This document shows positions 1 to 14,334 of a stretch of DNA of 64,000 bases, in pieces. Source of the DNA: Eledone cirrhosa (lineage: Eukaryota); contig OZ024740.1 of NCBI GenBank assembly GCA_964016885.1, positions 415,338,001 through 415,402,000 of the forward strand. The letters are read 5' to 3'. The translations under genes and the position numbers were made by a program. How positions within the stretch are numbered: the stretch's first letter is position 1; each line of letters starts with the position of its first letter. A model generated the notes under the pieces. That model had not been told where the DNA came from. It was given only the letters and a program-made list of their open reading frames with translations, and did not search any database.

Positions 1-680
1 GCATGGGTTTGGACGGGGGTTTTCCCACTTGAGGCAAGAGTGATTATCTTGCTCGCATAGGATTGTCTGGCGGGTTTTCTACAGCTGGATGCCCTTCCTA
101 ACACCAACCACATTTACAGTGTGGGACTGGGAGGTTTTTACTGTGTTGCCTACACGGCCACATTACAGCGTGAACTGTGTGTTTTTTTGTCGTGACACCT
201 ACACGATCTCATTTGTTTCGGCCTGGATGTTGTGGCACCAACATAACTTTACATTGAAAGGGGTGGTGTGGATGGGGTGGGGGTGGTGGGACGGGGGTGT
301 ATTTTGTTAGAGATGCCTTTAACCAAATATACACCCCAACCCACTACCCCTACTCCATCCTTCCACTTCCACCCACACCACCCTCACTCTGTAAAGTTAT
401 GTTGGTACCACAGAACATCCAGTCCACACTAAAGTGGTTGTGTAGGTGTCATGACAAAAAGCACCCGGTCCACGCTGTAAAGTGATCGTGGAGGTAACAC
501 GGTAAAAACCTCCCAGTCCACACTGTAAACATGGTTGGTGTTAGGAAGGGCATCCAACCGTAGAAAACCTGCCAGATACAGTTCTATACAAGCGATCAAT
601 CTTTGCCTCAAGTGGGACAATTCCCATCTAACCCATGCTAGCATGGAAGATAGATGTTAAACGATGATGATGATGATGAT
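1..680. mobile_element. Two RTE 3'-UTR fragments in opposite orientation (about 1-325 minus, about 325-680 plus)
   Basis: Same 3'UTR as the RTE copies at 18.7-19.1 kb; the plus copy ends in gttaaacgatgatgat. Confidence 0.8.
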
Positions 681-904
681 AGTATATGGTTTGGTATAGT
701 TCCGTAACTCCCGATAGAGTTGTAGGAATGCCGTATTGACATACAGCGTTTTGGGGGCATTTTACTCTTGGTGGAGCCCATCACTCTCCAGCAGACGTTA
801 AAACCACAAGGATGATATATATTTCCAAGAGAAATGAACAGGTCTGCTTTTTCACCAAGAATTTTTTCATTTCTACCACTGCCCACTCTCCTCTATCCTT
901 GTAA

Positions 905-1240
905 TTCATCATCATTTTTACGTCCGCTTTTCCTTGCTTGCAAGGGTGGGACGGGAACTGATTCTGGCTTGATTTCTACAGCTGGATGCCCTTCCTAACA
1001 CCAACCTCATTTACAGTGAGTGCTGGGTGCTTTTTTGCCGTGGCACCTCCACGACCACTTTGCAGTGGAATGATAGGGACCCCAGTCCCTATCATCTCAT
1101 TTCTACAGCTGAGTAAACTGGAGCAATGTGAAATAAAGTGTCTTGCTCAAGGAAACAACACATCACCCGGTCTGAGAATTGAACTCACAACCTTTCGATT
1201 GCAAGGCCAATGCTCCAACCACTAAGCCATGTGCCTCTTC
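905..1240 (-). mobile_element. tRNA-headed SINE with CORE-like middle and RTE-derived 3' tail
   Basis: Close reverse complement of 57553-57890; A/B-box-like head and a tail shared with the RTE 3'UTR. Confidence 0.75.
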
Positions 1241-1388
1241 TTTAATTTCTCATTCTATTTTCTGATGAAGCGTTAAGACTTTTCCTACTATATCAAGCAT
1301 GACACTAGTATATATCTTCATAGAACTTCATCTCTCTTTTAGGTTTTTACATTTATTTTTTTCACATACATATATCTATCTATCTATT

Positions 1389-1444
<56 letters not shown>

Positions 1445-2290
1445 TTGGGGGCTGGATGCATTTTATTGTGGCACTACCAATTTAGAGAGTTGGCCTAGGT
1501 GCATTTTATTGTGGCACCAGTACCAGGGTGATCATTGTGTCTTCAGCTGGGTGGAACAACATCTTTTTTCAAACGTGTCTTTTATTAAAGTCATGACTGT
1601 GTTGAAGTTTGATCCTTTTCATTAAAGGGCTATCAAATATCCTTAATAAGAAAGAGATCAAAATCGAACTTAGTCATATCATGCCCTTCCTAATGCCAAC
1701 CACATTTATAGTGTGGACTGGCTGTGGTAAAAAGCACACAGTCTACGCTGTAAATGTGGTTGGTGTTAGGAAGGGCAACCAACGTAGAAACCAAGCCAGA
1801 AACAGTTCTGTGTGAGCAAGACACGGTCATCTGACCTGACTTATCTCACAACTTGTCTAACCCATGTTAGCATGGAAAAATGGACATTAAAATGGACAAC
1901 ACTAGATCATTGTGTCCTCAGCCAGGGAAAAAAAAGCATTCATCATCATCATCATCATCTTCGTTTAACGTCCGTCTTCTACGCTAGCATGGGTTAGGCG
2001 TTTCATTTTTCAAATATGTATTTAGTGTTTAGAGCAGCAGATAAAATGCATTGTGGTATTTAATGGCCGAATCAGTTGGTAACGGTTGCTTCTGACAGGA
2101 CCTACTGGAAGGATTGTTTGAGGACTCTGCCCCCATGATCCTGTCAGGAATAAGTGGGTGAAGAAGATTTAGGAAGGCTTTATACTTGACCTGTATTGTA
2201 TTTCACTGACCAATAGAAAGACTAACTGGCAAAGTTAACTTTGACATGATTTATATTCAGAGCATGAATGAGTGTTATTAAATACCACAA

Positions 2291-2506
2291 GGGCGGTGGA
2301 TTGGCAGTATTGGTAGAGGGTCGGACGCCATGCTTTGCAGCATAGAGTTACGGCCCTTTATGATCTGAGTTCAAATCCCGCCAAGGTTAACTTTGCCTTT
2401 CATCCTTACAGGGTTGATAAAATAAAGTACCAGTCACGCACTGAGGTCGATTTAATTGACTTTCCCCTCCCCCAAAATTGCTGGCCTTGTGCCTATATAA
2501 GAAACC
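2291..2506 (+). mobile_element. tRNA-derived SINE (Deu/Nin-like central domain) with 14-bp TSD
   Basis: A box TGGCAGTATTGG, B box GAGTTCAAATCC, body gcctttcatccttacagggttgataaaataaagtacc; TSD ATTAAATACCACAA at 2277-2290 and 2507-2520. Domain name is from memory. Confidence 0.85.
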
Positions 2507-3132
2507 ATTAAATACCACAATGCATTTTATCTGCTGCTCTAAACACTAAACACTATGACACTATGAGAATAGAAATATTTTTAAGAACAGCACAAAATTG
2601 ATGCTAAAGTCGTTACTGAAGTTTTTGTCTATATACATAAACTTCTAGTGAGCCTTCTGAGCATGTGAGGGAGTTTATTTCATGAGTAACTTGACTGTTA
2701 GCCTACCTGTGATCCCACAGCACCTCATGTGTTTATTGTACACACCAGGTACACTCTATGGAGTTCCTACCAACCATTTTCTATTTTTTTTGAGAGAGAG
2801 TTATGGTTTAAAAAAGTGATTATTATAACAAATACTGCCTTTATTAATTTTCTATGTGTTTGATGGTAGCAGAATCCTATCCTCTTTGCTACTTACTGTT
2901 GACTACTCCTGTGCACCTCTTACATATGAAGTCTAACAAACACAATTGACTATATAGAAATATGAGGTTTAGTGTTTATTGTTCCTTTTTTTAGTTCAGA
3001 ACTTGACCTTTGCACCCTTTAATGCCTGTCAACTTCATGTTTGGTCAAGTCAAAAGTTATGTGTTTTTATCTGCTGCAGCTGTTTCAATGTATTCATGGA
3101 CAGTGGACAGTTCACTCAAGTTTATAAGCTTA

Positions 3133-4077
3133 CTAGCAGTGGTACCCGGCGTTGCACAGGATAAGGTATTTTGAAACGTGGGCCGCGAATAGACCTAAAA
3201 ACTGCACGCCTGGACAATATGTAAAGAAAATAAACCGAATACTCTGATGGCTGGATAATCTTTAAGATTTTCCTCGATGAAGCAGGAAAAATGCAGGTTT
3301 TCACCTAATGCGGGGCCCTAGGGGATCAAGAAAATTATTTTTTTTTATGTGCATAATATGTCTTGAAATTTTGGGAAAATCGACTAGACGTAACGCCTCC
3401 AAAAAGCCCCAAGAAGCTGAAAAAATAAAGTCACCTAATGCGGGCCATAAGAAAGTTGGATTTTCTTTGCTCACGGTATGAAGTAGAGACTGACTAATAC
3501 ATAGTTACAATTTCAAGGAAATTGGTCTGACGTAACGCCTCAAAAAACCCCTAAAAATGTTAAACAACGCAGTTTTTCACCTAATGCATAACACTCCCTG
3601 AAACATAAGTAATACACATGTAAAGTTTGAAAAAAATCGGTTGGGTACTTCTCGAGTTTTAAGGATTCAAACTCACACACACACACAGACATCCTCAAGG
3701 AAGTGACGTAATGCAGACAGCCAGACATACAGACAGATATTATAAGGGCGCGACGTTATACGTATGTATCTATCTAAAAAGAGAAAGACTAAGAATTATA
3801 GAGCGAGATCGCTAAATCGCCTAATGTGGTCCCTGGGGCATAGAACACTCCCTGAACACAGAACACTCCCTGAAACAGAAAATTTGAATTTTTTTTTGCT
3901 CAGAACACTCCCTGAAACAGAAAATTTGAATTTTTTTTTGCTCAGAACACTCCCTGAAACATAAGTATTACATGTGTAAAGTTTGAAAACAGTCGGTTGG
4001 GTGGTTCTCGAGTTTTAGAGATTCGGACTCACACACACAGACAGACAGACATCCTCAGTTTTATATATATATATAGA
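3133..4077 (-). mobile_element. Non-autonomous Helitron
   Basis: The minus strand starts TC(TATA..) and ends with a GC-rich hairpin CCTGTGCAACGCCGGG then CTAG. It sits between A and T with no TSD and has internal (CA)n/(GACA)n and subrepeats. Confidence 0.75.
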
Positions 4078-4189
4078 TCATTATATTAACTTCTCATTCA
4101 TCTAACATTAACCTTTTTGATACCATCCCAGCCAAAACTGACCCTGGTTCTATGAAATAAAACCACCCATTTCAAATAATTCCTATATA

Positions 4190-5265
4190 AGAGGAAAAGA
4201 GGTAGTCACGGTTCTAGGACAGCATTCTTCACCATATGAGATGTCATCTGATGTACCACAGGGATCTGTTCTTGGTCCCCTTTTGTTTGTGGCATATATT
4301 AATGACATAGATGCCAACTTAAAGAATGCCACGGTACTGAAATATGCAGATGACATCAAGCTGTACCTTGAAATCAAAAGGACTGATCCTAAAATCTACA
4401 ACTCTTTCCTACAATCAGGCCATGGACACAATTCAGCAATGGATCACAGACTGGCAACTGAAGCTGGCTGTGGACAAGTGTATCACCATGCATTTTGGGA
4501 GGAAAAATCCAGCGTCCACATACTCCCTCCACAACACTGATATCAAGAAGTCCTCTTGTGAACGTGACCTGGGCATTACTGTCAGCAGCGATTTGTGTTG
4601 GACAAAGCATGTCTCTAAAATTGTCAAGAAGGCCGAGGGTGTCTTGGCATCACTCAGCAAGACCTTTGTTAGCCGCTCTCCAGCCATCTATTTAAAGCTG
4701 TATACAGCTATGGTACGACCACACTTGGAATTCGCATCATCAGTCTGGAACCCCTATCTTGCTCAGAACATTGACCTCCTGGAAGCTGTTCAGAGATGTG
4801 CAACCAAGCGCATACCCTCCATCAGACACCTACCATGCTCTGAACGCCTTGATTCCCTGGGCATGGATTCATTGAAGCTCCGACATCTGGCAATGGACTT
4901 GGTAAACACCCACAAAGTTATTAACCATCTCGCCAACAACAACCCTGAGCACCTTTTTGATCTCCATGTGTCTAACACACATGGACATGCCTACAAAATC
5001 AGAAAACAGCACAGCTGCCATGACTTTCAGAAACATTTTTTCACGCTTAGAGTTGCTGAAGCATGGAACAAACTGCCTGCGTCAGTTGTTAGCTGCCGAG
5101 ACACTGCATCCTTTAAAAACCCCTTCCATACACATACACACATGTGTATATCATGACTCATGCACTGTTCTTGACATTTGTACATTACCCTATGTACTAT
5201 ACATACACTTTTTGATGAGTTATAGTGCACCTGAGCACTGTACACAATATTTTCATTATTATTAT
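4190..5265 (+). mobile_element. 5'-truncated CR1-like LINE (RT C-terminal half), frameshifted
   Basis: VPQGSVLGPLLF...YADD, ERDLGI, RPHLEFASSVWNPY, FFTLRVAEAWNKLP; short (ATT)n tail. Confidence 0.88.
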
Positions 5266-5435
5266 AAATTTATATCTTTCAACATGATATACAAGAACTA
5301 TATGTTAAGTTATTATATTGGGAATGGAATAATTAATCAATTCAGTAAATCCTTTAAAATTTTGCATTAATTAATTGAAAGAAAATATATTTCATTATAA
5401 ATACAGTCATGAAAAGGTTACTGAATTCAGATTTA

Positions 5436-5820
5436 ACAATTTAGCACTCATATTACTCTATATTTACTATTGTATTTTCATGGTAAAGGCTTTATCTCAC
5501 ATAATATTGAATCTATGAGATTTTGATATTATTTGGACTGGCAGTTGAGGGTCAAACGCCATGCTTTGTAGCATAGAGTTACTGCCTTTTATGGTCTGAG
5601 TTCAAATCCCGCCAAGGTTAAATTTGCTTTTCATCCTTGCGGGATCAATAAAATAAAGTACCAGTAATGCACTGGGATAATTGCTGACCTTGTGCCAAAA
5701 GTAGAAACAGTTATTTATTTTGAGAACAATACCTTAATGTTGGATGAGCGGCCAGTTTGAACAGAAAGAGGTGAGAGAATTATGGCCATGTATGGCTGGT
5801 TTGAATGCTAAAGGGTTCAA
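5436..5820 (+). mobile_element. TTAA-flanked piggyBac-like MITE (family 2) interrupted by a SINE at about 5537-5715
   Basis: Homologous to 52203-52430 (ttaaccctttagcattta...tgctaaagggttaa); nested SINE with B box. Confidence 0.6.
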
Positions 5821-6280
5821 CACTGATTTTATGAAGAGAAATTTTAATATTTTTTATTTTTATACTCATGTGATACACACAGTTCACATTAAGCCACCAT
5901 CATGCTATTTTTATTTTACCCTGTTTAGGACTGCTACAATGCAGTTTGTTTATTAAAACTTGTCAAATGTGCCCTACCTTCACTTGAAACTATCAGATGA
6001 TATCATCTGTATACTCACTGCCACTAATACTGCATGTGTGTGTGTGTTTGTTCCTCCATAAGATATGTTCAGTTCAACATTCCAAGAATGACCCAACATT
6101 GGGTGCCAGTAATCACATAGAAAGTCCAACTTCTAACCCTTTAAGCTTCATATTAACTGTATCTTCCCACACTCTCACATCTACCATAATTCCTACCTCT
6201 GTTTTGATAATGACGATGTTAGAAATATATCTTTATTTAATAAAATTTATCTTTATTGTATGAATTTCTTTATGTTATAG

Positions 6281-6390
6281 GTATAATAGTTGGATGCAGT
6301 CTGATGAACTGTTAAACTTAACTGCTTCAGAGAGGCTCACTCTGGAAGAAGAATATCAGAACCAAATCAGCTGGCGGCAAGATGAAAAAA
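6281..6390 (+). CDS. NAT9: NAT9-like N-acetyltransferase, internal coding exon (first visible)
   Basis: Acceptor ttatAG and donor GTtggt. Translates YNSWMQSDELLNLTASERLTLEEEYQNQISWRQDEK, matching my recollection of NAT9 [34 protein letters not shown]. 110 bp; phase fits the next exon. Confidence 0.93.
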
Positions 6391-6849
6391 GTTGGTGGAA
6401 TGATTTTTTTTTATAAATCGTTTTGTAAACATTTCACATAATGACTGATAAGTTTCAGAAAGCTGGTACAATGATGTAGAAATATATAATGGACAAAGGA
6501 TGACAAATAAAAAAAATCAAAGTAATGTTTAACCCAGTATATTTAGCAATAGGTTTGCTTATTTTAGGACTTGAGATAAGTATATATTACCTGAATATAT
6601 GTGATAGTACCATGAAAAAACACATGTAAAACATGGTTGAGAGGACACTCCAGTCACAACACAGCAACCTCTCTAGTGCTGGTGCCACAACAAAATACAC
6701 AGAGTACACCTTGTAAGGTTGTTGGTGATAGGAAGAGCATCCCCATGTAGAAACCTTGTTTGAGGTCTACCCTGGGGGCTCCTGCTGATTGGTTTTTACC
6801 ATAAAATCTGTCCAGTGATTCTTTCCTGAGATATTCTAACCACATGTTA

Positions 6850-7080
6850 ATTTAACTCTTTAGCATTTAAACCGGCCATATCCAGCCAGAATTTCCTCAC
6901 CTATTTCTGTTCAAACTGGCTGTAAACAGTCACTCATATTGGTGTTAAGGTATTGTTCTCAAAATGAACAGTATCAAAATCTCCTAAATTTGATATTATG
7001 TGAGATAATTATGTGATATAAAGTGTTTACTGTGAAAATACAATAGTATATATAGAGTAATGTAAATGCTAAAGGGTTAA
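6850..7080 (-). mobile_element. TTAA-flanked piggyBac-like MITE (family 2)
   Basis: Inverted ends ttaactctttagcattta and taaatgctaaagggttaa. Confidence 0.65.
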
Positions 7081-8099
7081 AAGCAAAATAAAATAAAAAT
7101 AAACAATGATATGTTTACCCATGCTAGCGTGGAAAAATGGATGTTAAATGATGATGGTGGCGATGATAGTAATGAGGGTGATGATGATAGTAATGATGGT
7201 GATGGTGATGATGAGGATGATGATGATGATAGTTATGATGGTGATGGTGATGATGTAAATCAGAGGTGCTACTGTCCTCGGGGGGAGGCATTGAACAGGT
7301 CCAAGGGGATGCTGGGGCCTAAGGGGGTGGTAGAGATGATATAATAGTATATTAAATATCAAATGATATATATAAATATAGTCAAATAAAAACATATATT
7401 TATATATACATAATATATATTATATTATTTATTGTATATAAATTAATGATTTTTATTATCTATTATTTACAATTTGCGTGTAGGCAGGTCTCTGGAAATA
7501 GGGTGGTGGGTAGCCGTGAGGGGGAAGGGGGACGGTGGCCCAAAAAGTTTGAGAACCTCTAGCGTAAATAAAGGAGTGGCAAAATAAATAAATAAATACA
7601 AGTATGATTATAATAAAAAAGTAAAAACAAAACAAACAATAACAAAATAACAATAAATTATGGAAATCTAAAGGTGCCAAAATTATAAACCTTAGTAAAA
7701 AAAAACAAACACATCATTAGCTTATGAACTATGGGAGATGGTAGCAACAGTTTTTGAAGTAGAGTTCTTTGTAATATTCATATTTGATGGATATAAATTA
7801 TTTTTATATAATGTCAATGGCATTTCGTGACATTTTCCGATTTTGTACATTGAATAAATTTAAATTTAACCGTTTCGTTACCAACCCGGAAAAAAGCAAT
7901 GCCCAGCCGCAAGTAGATGCACTTAGGATAGTGTAATCCAAGCATTGCATCAATTATAGCACCAAGTTCTCGCTTTCACACACACCCCAATATGGTGTAG
8001 CCAGGGAATGAGGTGTCGGTATACCAGAGGTGGGCAGTGGGGCGCAGCTCCTGCCGACCTATAAAATGCTTCAAAAAGGTTGAGTTTATCACCTTTGCT

Positions 8100-8292
8100 G
8101 GCCAATAATAATAATTGTTTCTACTTTTGGCACAAGGCCAGCAATTATCCCAGTACATTACTGGTACTTTATTTTATCGACCCTGTAAGGATGAAAGGCA
8201 AAGTTAACCTCAGCGGGACTTGAACTCCGACCGTAAAGGGCCGTAACTCCATACTGCAAAGCATGGTGTCGGACCCTCTAACGATACTGCCA
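8100..8292 (-). mobile_element. tRNA-derived SINE copy
   Basis: Reverse complement of the 2291 family. Confidence 0.8.
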
Positions 8293-8367
8293 TAGAAAAT
8301 AAATAATTAGTAAAGGTACAACATTTATGAAGTTACAAAGATTGTAAATATTTGGTAAAAGCAAAGA

Positions 8368-11300
8368 GATCATGCATGGGTGGTTTATGCCTGGTGTTTA
8401 GGTCATGTATGGGTGGTTATAGACCTGGTGTTTAGGTCATGTATGGGTGGTTATAGACCTGGTGTTTAGGTCATGTATGGGTGGTTATAGACCTAGTGTT
8501 TAGGTCATGTATGGGTGGTTATAGACCTGGTGTTTACATCATGTATGGGTGGTTATAGACTTGGTGTTTAGGTCATGTATGGGTGGTAATAGACTTGGTG
8601 TTTAGATCATGTATGGGTGGCTATAGACCAGGTGTTTAGGTCATGTATGGGTGGTTATAGACCTGGTGTTTAGGTCATGTATGGGTGTCTATAGACCTGA
8701 TGTTTAGGTCATGTATGGGTGGTTATAGACCTGGTGTTTAGGTCATGTATGGTGGTTATAGACCTGGTATTTAGGTCATGTATGGGTGGTTATAGACCTG
8801 GTGTTTAGGTCATGTATGGGTGGTTATAGACCTGGTGTTTAGGTCATGTATGGGTGGTTATAGACCTGGTGTTTAGGTCATGTATGGGTGGTTATAGACC
8901 TGGTGTTTAGATCATGTATGGATGTTTATAAACCTGGTGTTTAGGTCATGTATGGGTGGTTATAGGCCTGGGGTTTAGGTCATGTATGGGTGTTTATATA
9001 CCTGGTGTTTAGGTAATGTATGGGTGGTCATAGACCTGGTGTTTAGGTCATCTATGGGTGGTTATAGACCTGGTGTTTATGTCATGTGTGGGTGGTTATA
9101 GACCTGGTGTATGGGTATTTACAGACCTGGTGTTTAGGTCATGTATGGGTTGTTATAGACCTGGTGTTTAGGTCATGTATGGGTGGCTATAGACCTGGTG
9201 TTTAGGTCATGTATGGGTGTTTATAGACCTGGTGTTTAGGTCATGTATGGGTGTTTATAGACCTGGTGTTTAGGTCATGTATGGGTGTTTATAGACCTGG
9301 TGTTTAGGTCATGTATGGGTGGTTATAGACCTGGTGTTTAGGTCATGTATGGGTGGTTATAGACCTGGTGTTTAGGTCATGTATGGGTGGCTATAGACCT
9401 GTTGTTTAGATCATGTATGGGTGGTTATAGACCTGGTGTTTAGGTCATGTATGGGTGTCTATAGACCTGATGTTTAGGTCATGTATGGGTGGTTATAGAC
9501 CTGGTGTTTAGGTCATGTATGGGTGGCTATAGACCTGTTGTTTAGATCATGTATGGGTGGTTATAGACCTGGTGTTTAGGTCATGTATGGGTGGTTATAG
9601 ACCTGGTGTTTAGGTCATGTATGGGTGGCTATAGACCTGTTGTTTAGATCATGTATGGGTGGTTATAGACCTGGTGTTTAGGTCATGTATGGGTGTCTAT
9701 AGACCTGATGTTTAGGTCATGTATGGGTGGTTATAGACCTGGTGTTTAGGTCATGTATGGTGGTTATAGACCTGGTATTTAGGTCATGTATGGGTGGTTA
9801 TAGACCTGGTGTTTAGGTCATGTATGGGTGGTTATAGACCTGGTGTTTAGGTCATGTATGGGTGGTTATAGACCTGGTATTTAGGTCATGTATGGGTGGT
9901 AATAGACTTGGTGTTTAGGTCATGTATGGGTGGTTATAGACCTGGTGTTTAGGTCATGTATGGGTGGTTATAGACATGGTGTTTAGGTCATGTATGGGTG
10001 GCTATAGACCTGGTGTTTAGGTCATGTATGGGTGGCTATAGACCTGGTGTTTAGGTCATGTATGGGTGGTTATAGACCTGGTGTTTAGGTCATGTGTGGG
10101 TGTTTATAGACCTGGTGTTTAGATCATGTATGGGTGGTTATAAACCTTGTGTTTAGGTCATGTATGGGTGTTTATAGACCTGGTGTTTAGGTCATGTATG
10201 AGTGGTTATAGACCTGGTGTTTAGGTCATGTATGGGTGTTTATAGACCTGGTGTTTAGGTCATGTATGGGTGTTTATATACCTGGTGTTTAGGTCATGTA
10301 TTGGTGGCTATAGACCTGGTGTTTGGGTCATGTATGGGTGTTTATAGACCTGGTGTTTAGGTCATGTATGCAGAGTTATAGACCTGGTGTTTAGATCATA
10401 TATGGGTGATAATAGACCTGGTGTTTAGGTCATGTATGGGTGGTTATAAACCTGGTGTTTAGGTCATGTATAGGTGTTTATAGACCTGGTGTTTAGAACA
10501 TGTATGGGTGGTTATAGACCTGGTGTTTAGGTCATGTATGGGTGGCTATAGACCAGGTGTTTAGATCATGTATGGGTGGTTATAGACCTGGTGTTTAGGT
10601 CATGTATGGGTGTCTATAGACCTGATGTTTAGGTCATGTATGGGTGGTTATAGACCTGGTGTTTAGGTCATGTATGGTGGTTATAGACCTGGTATTTAGG
10701 TCATGTATGGGTGGTAATAGACCTGGTGTTTAGGTCATGTATGGGTGGTTATAGACCTGGTGTTTAGGTCATGTATGGGTGGTTATAGACCTGGTGTTTA
10801 GGTCATGTATCGGTGGTTATAGACCTGGTGTTTAGGTCATGTATGGGTGTTTATAGACCTGGTGTTTAGGTCATGTATGGGTGGTTATAGACCTGGTGTT
10901 TAGGTCATGTATGGGTGGCTATAGACCTGGTGTTTAGATCATGTATGGGTGGTTATAGACCTGGTGTTTAGGTCATGTATGGGTGTCTATAGACCTGATA
11001 TTTAGGTCATGTATGGGTGGTTATAGACCTGGTGTTTATGTCATGTATGGGTGGTTATTGACCTGGTATTTAGGTCATGTATGGGTGGTAATAGACCTGG
11101 TGTTTAGGTCATGTATGGGTGTTTATAGACCTGGTGTTTAGGTCATGTATGGGTGGTTATAGACCTGGTGTTTAGGTATGTATGGGTGGCTATAGACCTG
11201 GTGTTTAGATCATGTATGGGTGGTTATAGACCTGGTGTTTAGGTCATGTATGGATGTCTATAGACTGATGTTTAGGTCATGTATGGGTGGTTATAGACCT

Positions 11301-12898
11301 GGTGTTTAGGTCATGTATGGGTGGTTATAGACCTGGTATTTATGTCATGTATGGGTGGTAATAGACTTGGTGTTTAGGTCATGTATGGGTGGTTATAGAC
11401 CTGGTGTTTAGGTCATGTATGGGTGGTTATAGACATGGTGTTTAGGTCATGTATAGGTGTTTATAGACCTGGTGTTTAAGTCATGTATGGGTGGTTATAG
11501 ACTGGTGTTTAGAACATGTATGGGTGGTTATAGACTTGGTGTTTAGGTCATGTATGGGTGGCTATAGACCTGGTGTTTAGATCATGTATGGGTGGTTATA
11601 GACCTGGTGTTTAGGTCATGTATGGGTGTCTATAGACCTGATGTTTAGGTCATGTATGGGTGGTTATAGACCTGGTGTTTATGTCATGTATGGGTGGTTA
11701 TTGACCTGGTATTTAGGTCATGTATGGGTGGTAATAGACCTGGTGTTTAGGTCATGTATGGGTGTTTATAGACCTGGTGTTTAGGTCATGTATGGGTGGT
11801 TATAGACCTGGTGTTTAGGTCATGTATGGGTGGCTATAGACCTGGTGTTTAGATCATGTATGGGTGGTTATAGACCTGGTGTTTAGGTCATGTATGGGTG
11901 TCTATAGACTGATGTTTAGGTCATGTATGGGTGGTTATAGACCTGGTGTTTAGGTCATGTATGGGTGGTTATAGACCTGGTATTGAGGTCATGTATGGGT
12001 GGTAATAGACTTGGTGTTTAGGTCATGTATGGGTGGTTATAGACCTGGTGTTTAGGTCATGTATGGGTGGTTATAGACATGGTGTTTAGGTCATGTATGG
12101 GTGTTTATAGACCTGGTGTTTAAGTCATGTATGGGTGGTTATAGACTGGTGTTTAGAACATGTATGGGTGGTTATAGACCTAGTGTTTATGTCAAGTATG
12201 GGTGGTTATAGACCTGGTGTTTAGGTCATGTATGGGTGGTTATAGACCCGGTGTTTAGAGACCTGGTCTTTAGGTCATGTATAGGTGATAATAGACCTGG
12301 TGTTTATGTCATGTATGGGTGGTTATAAACTTGGTGTTTAGATCATGTATGGGTGGTTATAGACCTGGTGTTTAGATCATGTATGGGTGTTTATAGACCT
12401 CGTGTTTAGGTCATGTATGGGTGGTTATATACCTGGTGTTTATAGACCTGGTCGTTAGGTCATGTATCGGGGTTTATAGACCTGGTGTTTAACTCATGTA
12501 TTGGTGTTTATAGACCTGGTGTTTTGGTCATGTATGGGTGGTTATAAACTTGGTGTTTAGATCATGTATGGGTGGTTATAGACCTGGTGTTTAGATCATG
12601 TATGGGTGGTTATAGACCTGTTGTTTAGATCATGTATGGGTGGTTATTGACCTGGTGTTTAGGTCATGTATGGGTGGTTATAGACCTGGTGTTTAGGTCA
12701 TGTATGGGTAGTTATAGACCTGGTGTTTAGGTCATGTATGGGTGGTTATAGACCTGGTGTTTAGGTCATGTATGTGTGGTTATAGACCTGGTGTTTAGGT
12801 CATGTATGTGTGGTTATAGACCTGGTGTTTAGGTCATGTATGGGTGGTTATAGACCTGGTGTTTAGGTCATGTATGGGTGGTTATAGACCCGGTGTTT
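8368..12898. repeat. 34-bp minisatellite array 1 (about 133 units)
   Basis: Consensus TTTAGGTCATGTATGGGTGGTTATAGACCTGGTG; period 34 (ggtcat at 8401 and 8435). Confidence 0.97.
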
Positions 12899-13072
12899 CT
12901 AGACTGTCGGAGATTGTGAATTAGGGTAATAGGATTTAGTTTGTTGTTGGTTAACAGAGTAATACATTGAATATACAAAGAGGGTAGGGCATGACTTATT
13001 TATGACAAAGAAGAAAATAGATTCTGGCAAGCAAGACCCGTAGGGGAAGAACACAAACATGTGTATGTATGT

Positions 13073-13104
<32 letters not shown>

Positions 13105-13503
13105 TTTAATACTCTAACAGAAAAGGCCTTAAGCGATACTCTGATCAACTCTATATCACTCAACAAACATTAGTATATACCTAAGTATTTTTCCAATTTA
13201 GTGTTTGGGGTGCTAACTAAACAGTATTTCGTGGATAGCTAGTTGTATTATTTTATATGAGACATAATTAAATAAATATCTCTTTCCTTACAGGCGATCG
13301 TTTCGTTATAAGATTTCTACAATTTGGGATAAATAATGTCCAGGTTATGTAGAAACTTGTATATAATCCATAGTTTTATACACAAGCGGGCCCTTATAAA
13401 CTCATCAGTGGATGCCCAAATATCGATATAAAAATTACATCAACATTAATATTGATGGTCTCCTTCAGTGCTAAAGAGAGACTGGTAGATTCGAAAATCC
13501 AGC

Positions 13504-13534
<31 letters not shown>

Positions 13535-14334
13535 CTGGTGCCAGTGAACCACTTTTGCACCTCCTTACCACAGTTAATGGTTAATCACATATGGGCCAAA
13601 AGCTTCCTACACCACTTCATAACTTTCACCACCTACCAATAGAAAGCAAAATAATGAACTTTTGACCAATCGGACACAAGAACAACCGACACTCCCTCAG
13701 TGATTAAATAGTCCTTCTTTATAGACACACCCTTCAAATCCCTTCCCTCACCCACAGCACCAACCATACTCTATAGCCAACATCACCCTCAATCTTCACT
13801 TCTACCCATATTGCTTGCCATTATCCTTTCATTTCATCTCATCCCATTTTATTACACTGTCAAGTTACTTTCACTTTTTTATATTATTTTCCTTATCGTA
13901 TCATCTTTTCATATCACTTTTATTTCCATATTGTTATTATTATTATTATTATGTTTTCATGCCTTTATCTCAGTATCCCCCGCCTCTCTGCACCTTCCTC
14001 CTTCTTCTTATTATTATTGTTGCTTTTATTCTTGTTATGTATCTATAAATACTAGTGCACTGTATCATGTACACAGATCAGTATTCTGAAGATTTGGTCG
14101 GGTATCGACTGTCATTAAAATCGAGTGACGTAGCATTTTACGAACAGTGGTTTTTAGACACTCCTGACTAATGAAACATTTGTTAATACTTTGAATAAAC
14201 CCTACTGTATCTATGTTATTCTTCACTCATTTACATATATACATTTATATATATATATATATATATAGAATGTTTAAGTATCGAGAGAGAGAAAAAAGGA
14301 AAGATAAGCGATACATATATTTAGTTGCCAATAG

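Noticed and set aside
2291-2385. tRNA gene
   Set aside because: A/B boxes belong to a multicopy SINE head with a TSD; no clear cloverleaf.
5960-6000. Possible first NAT9 exon (VPY codons)
   Set aside because: Flanking residues do not match the NAT9 N-terminus and there is no suitable donor. The first exon is probably upstream of the window.
8368-12898. CRISPR-like appearance of a 34-bp partly palindromic repeat
   Set aside because: Units are head-to-tail with no unique spacers, there are no cas genes, and the context is a eukaryotic intron.
13560-14240. Possible second Penelope 3' remnant
   Set aside because: Too degenerate to support from reading alone.
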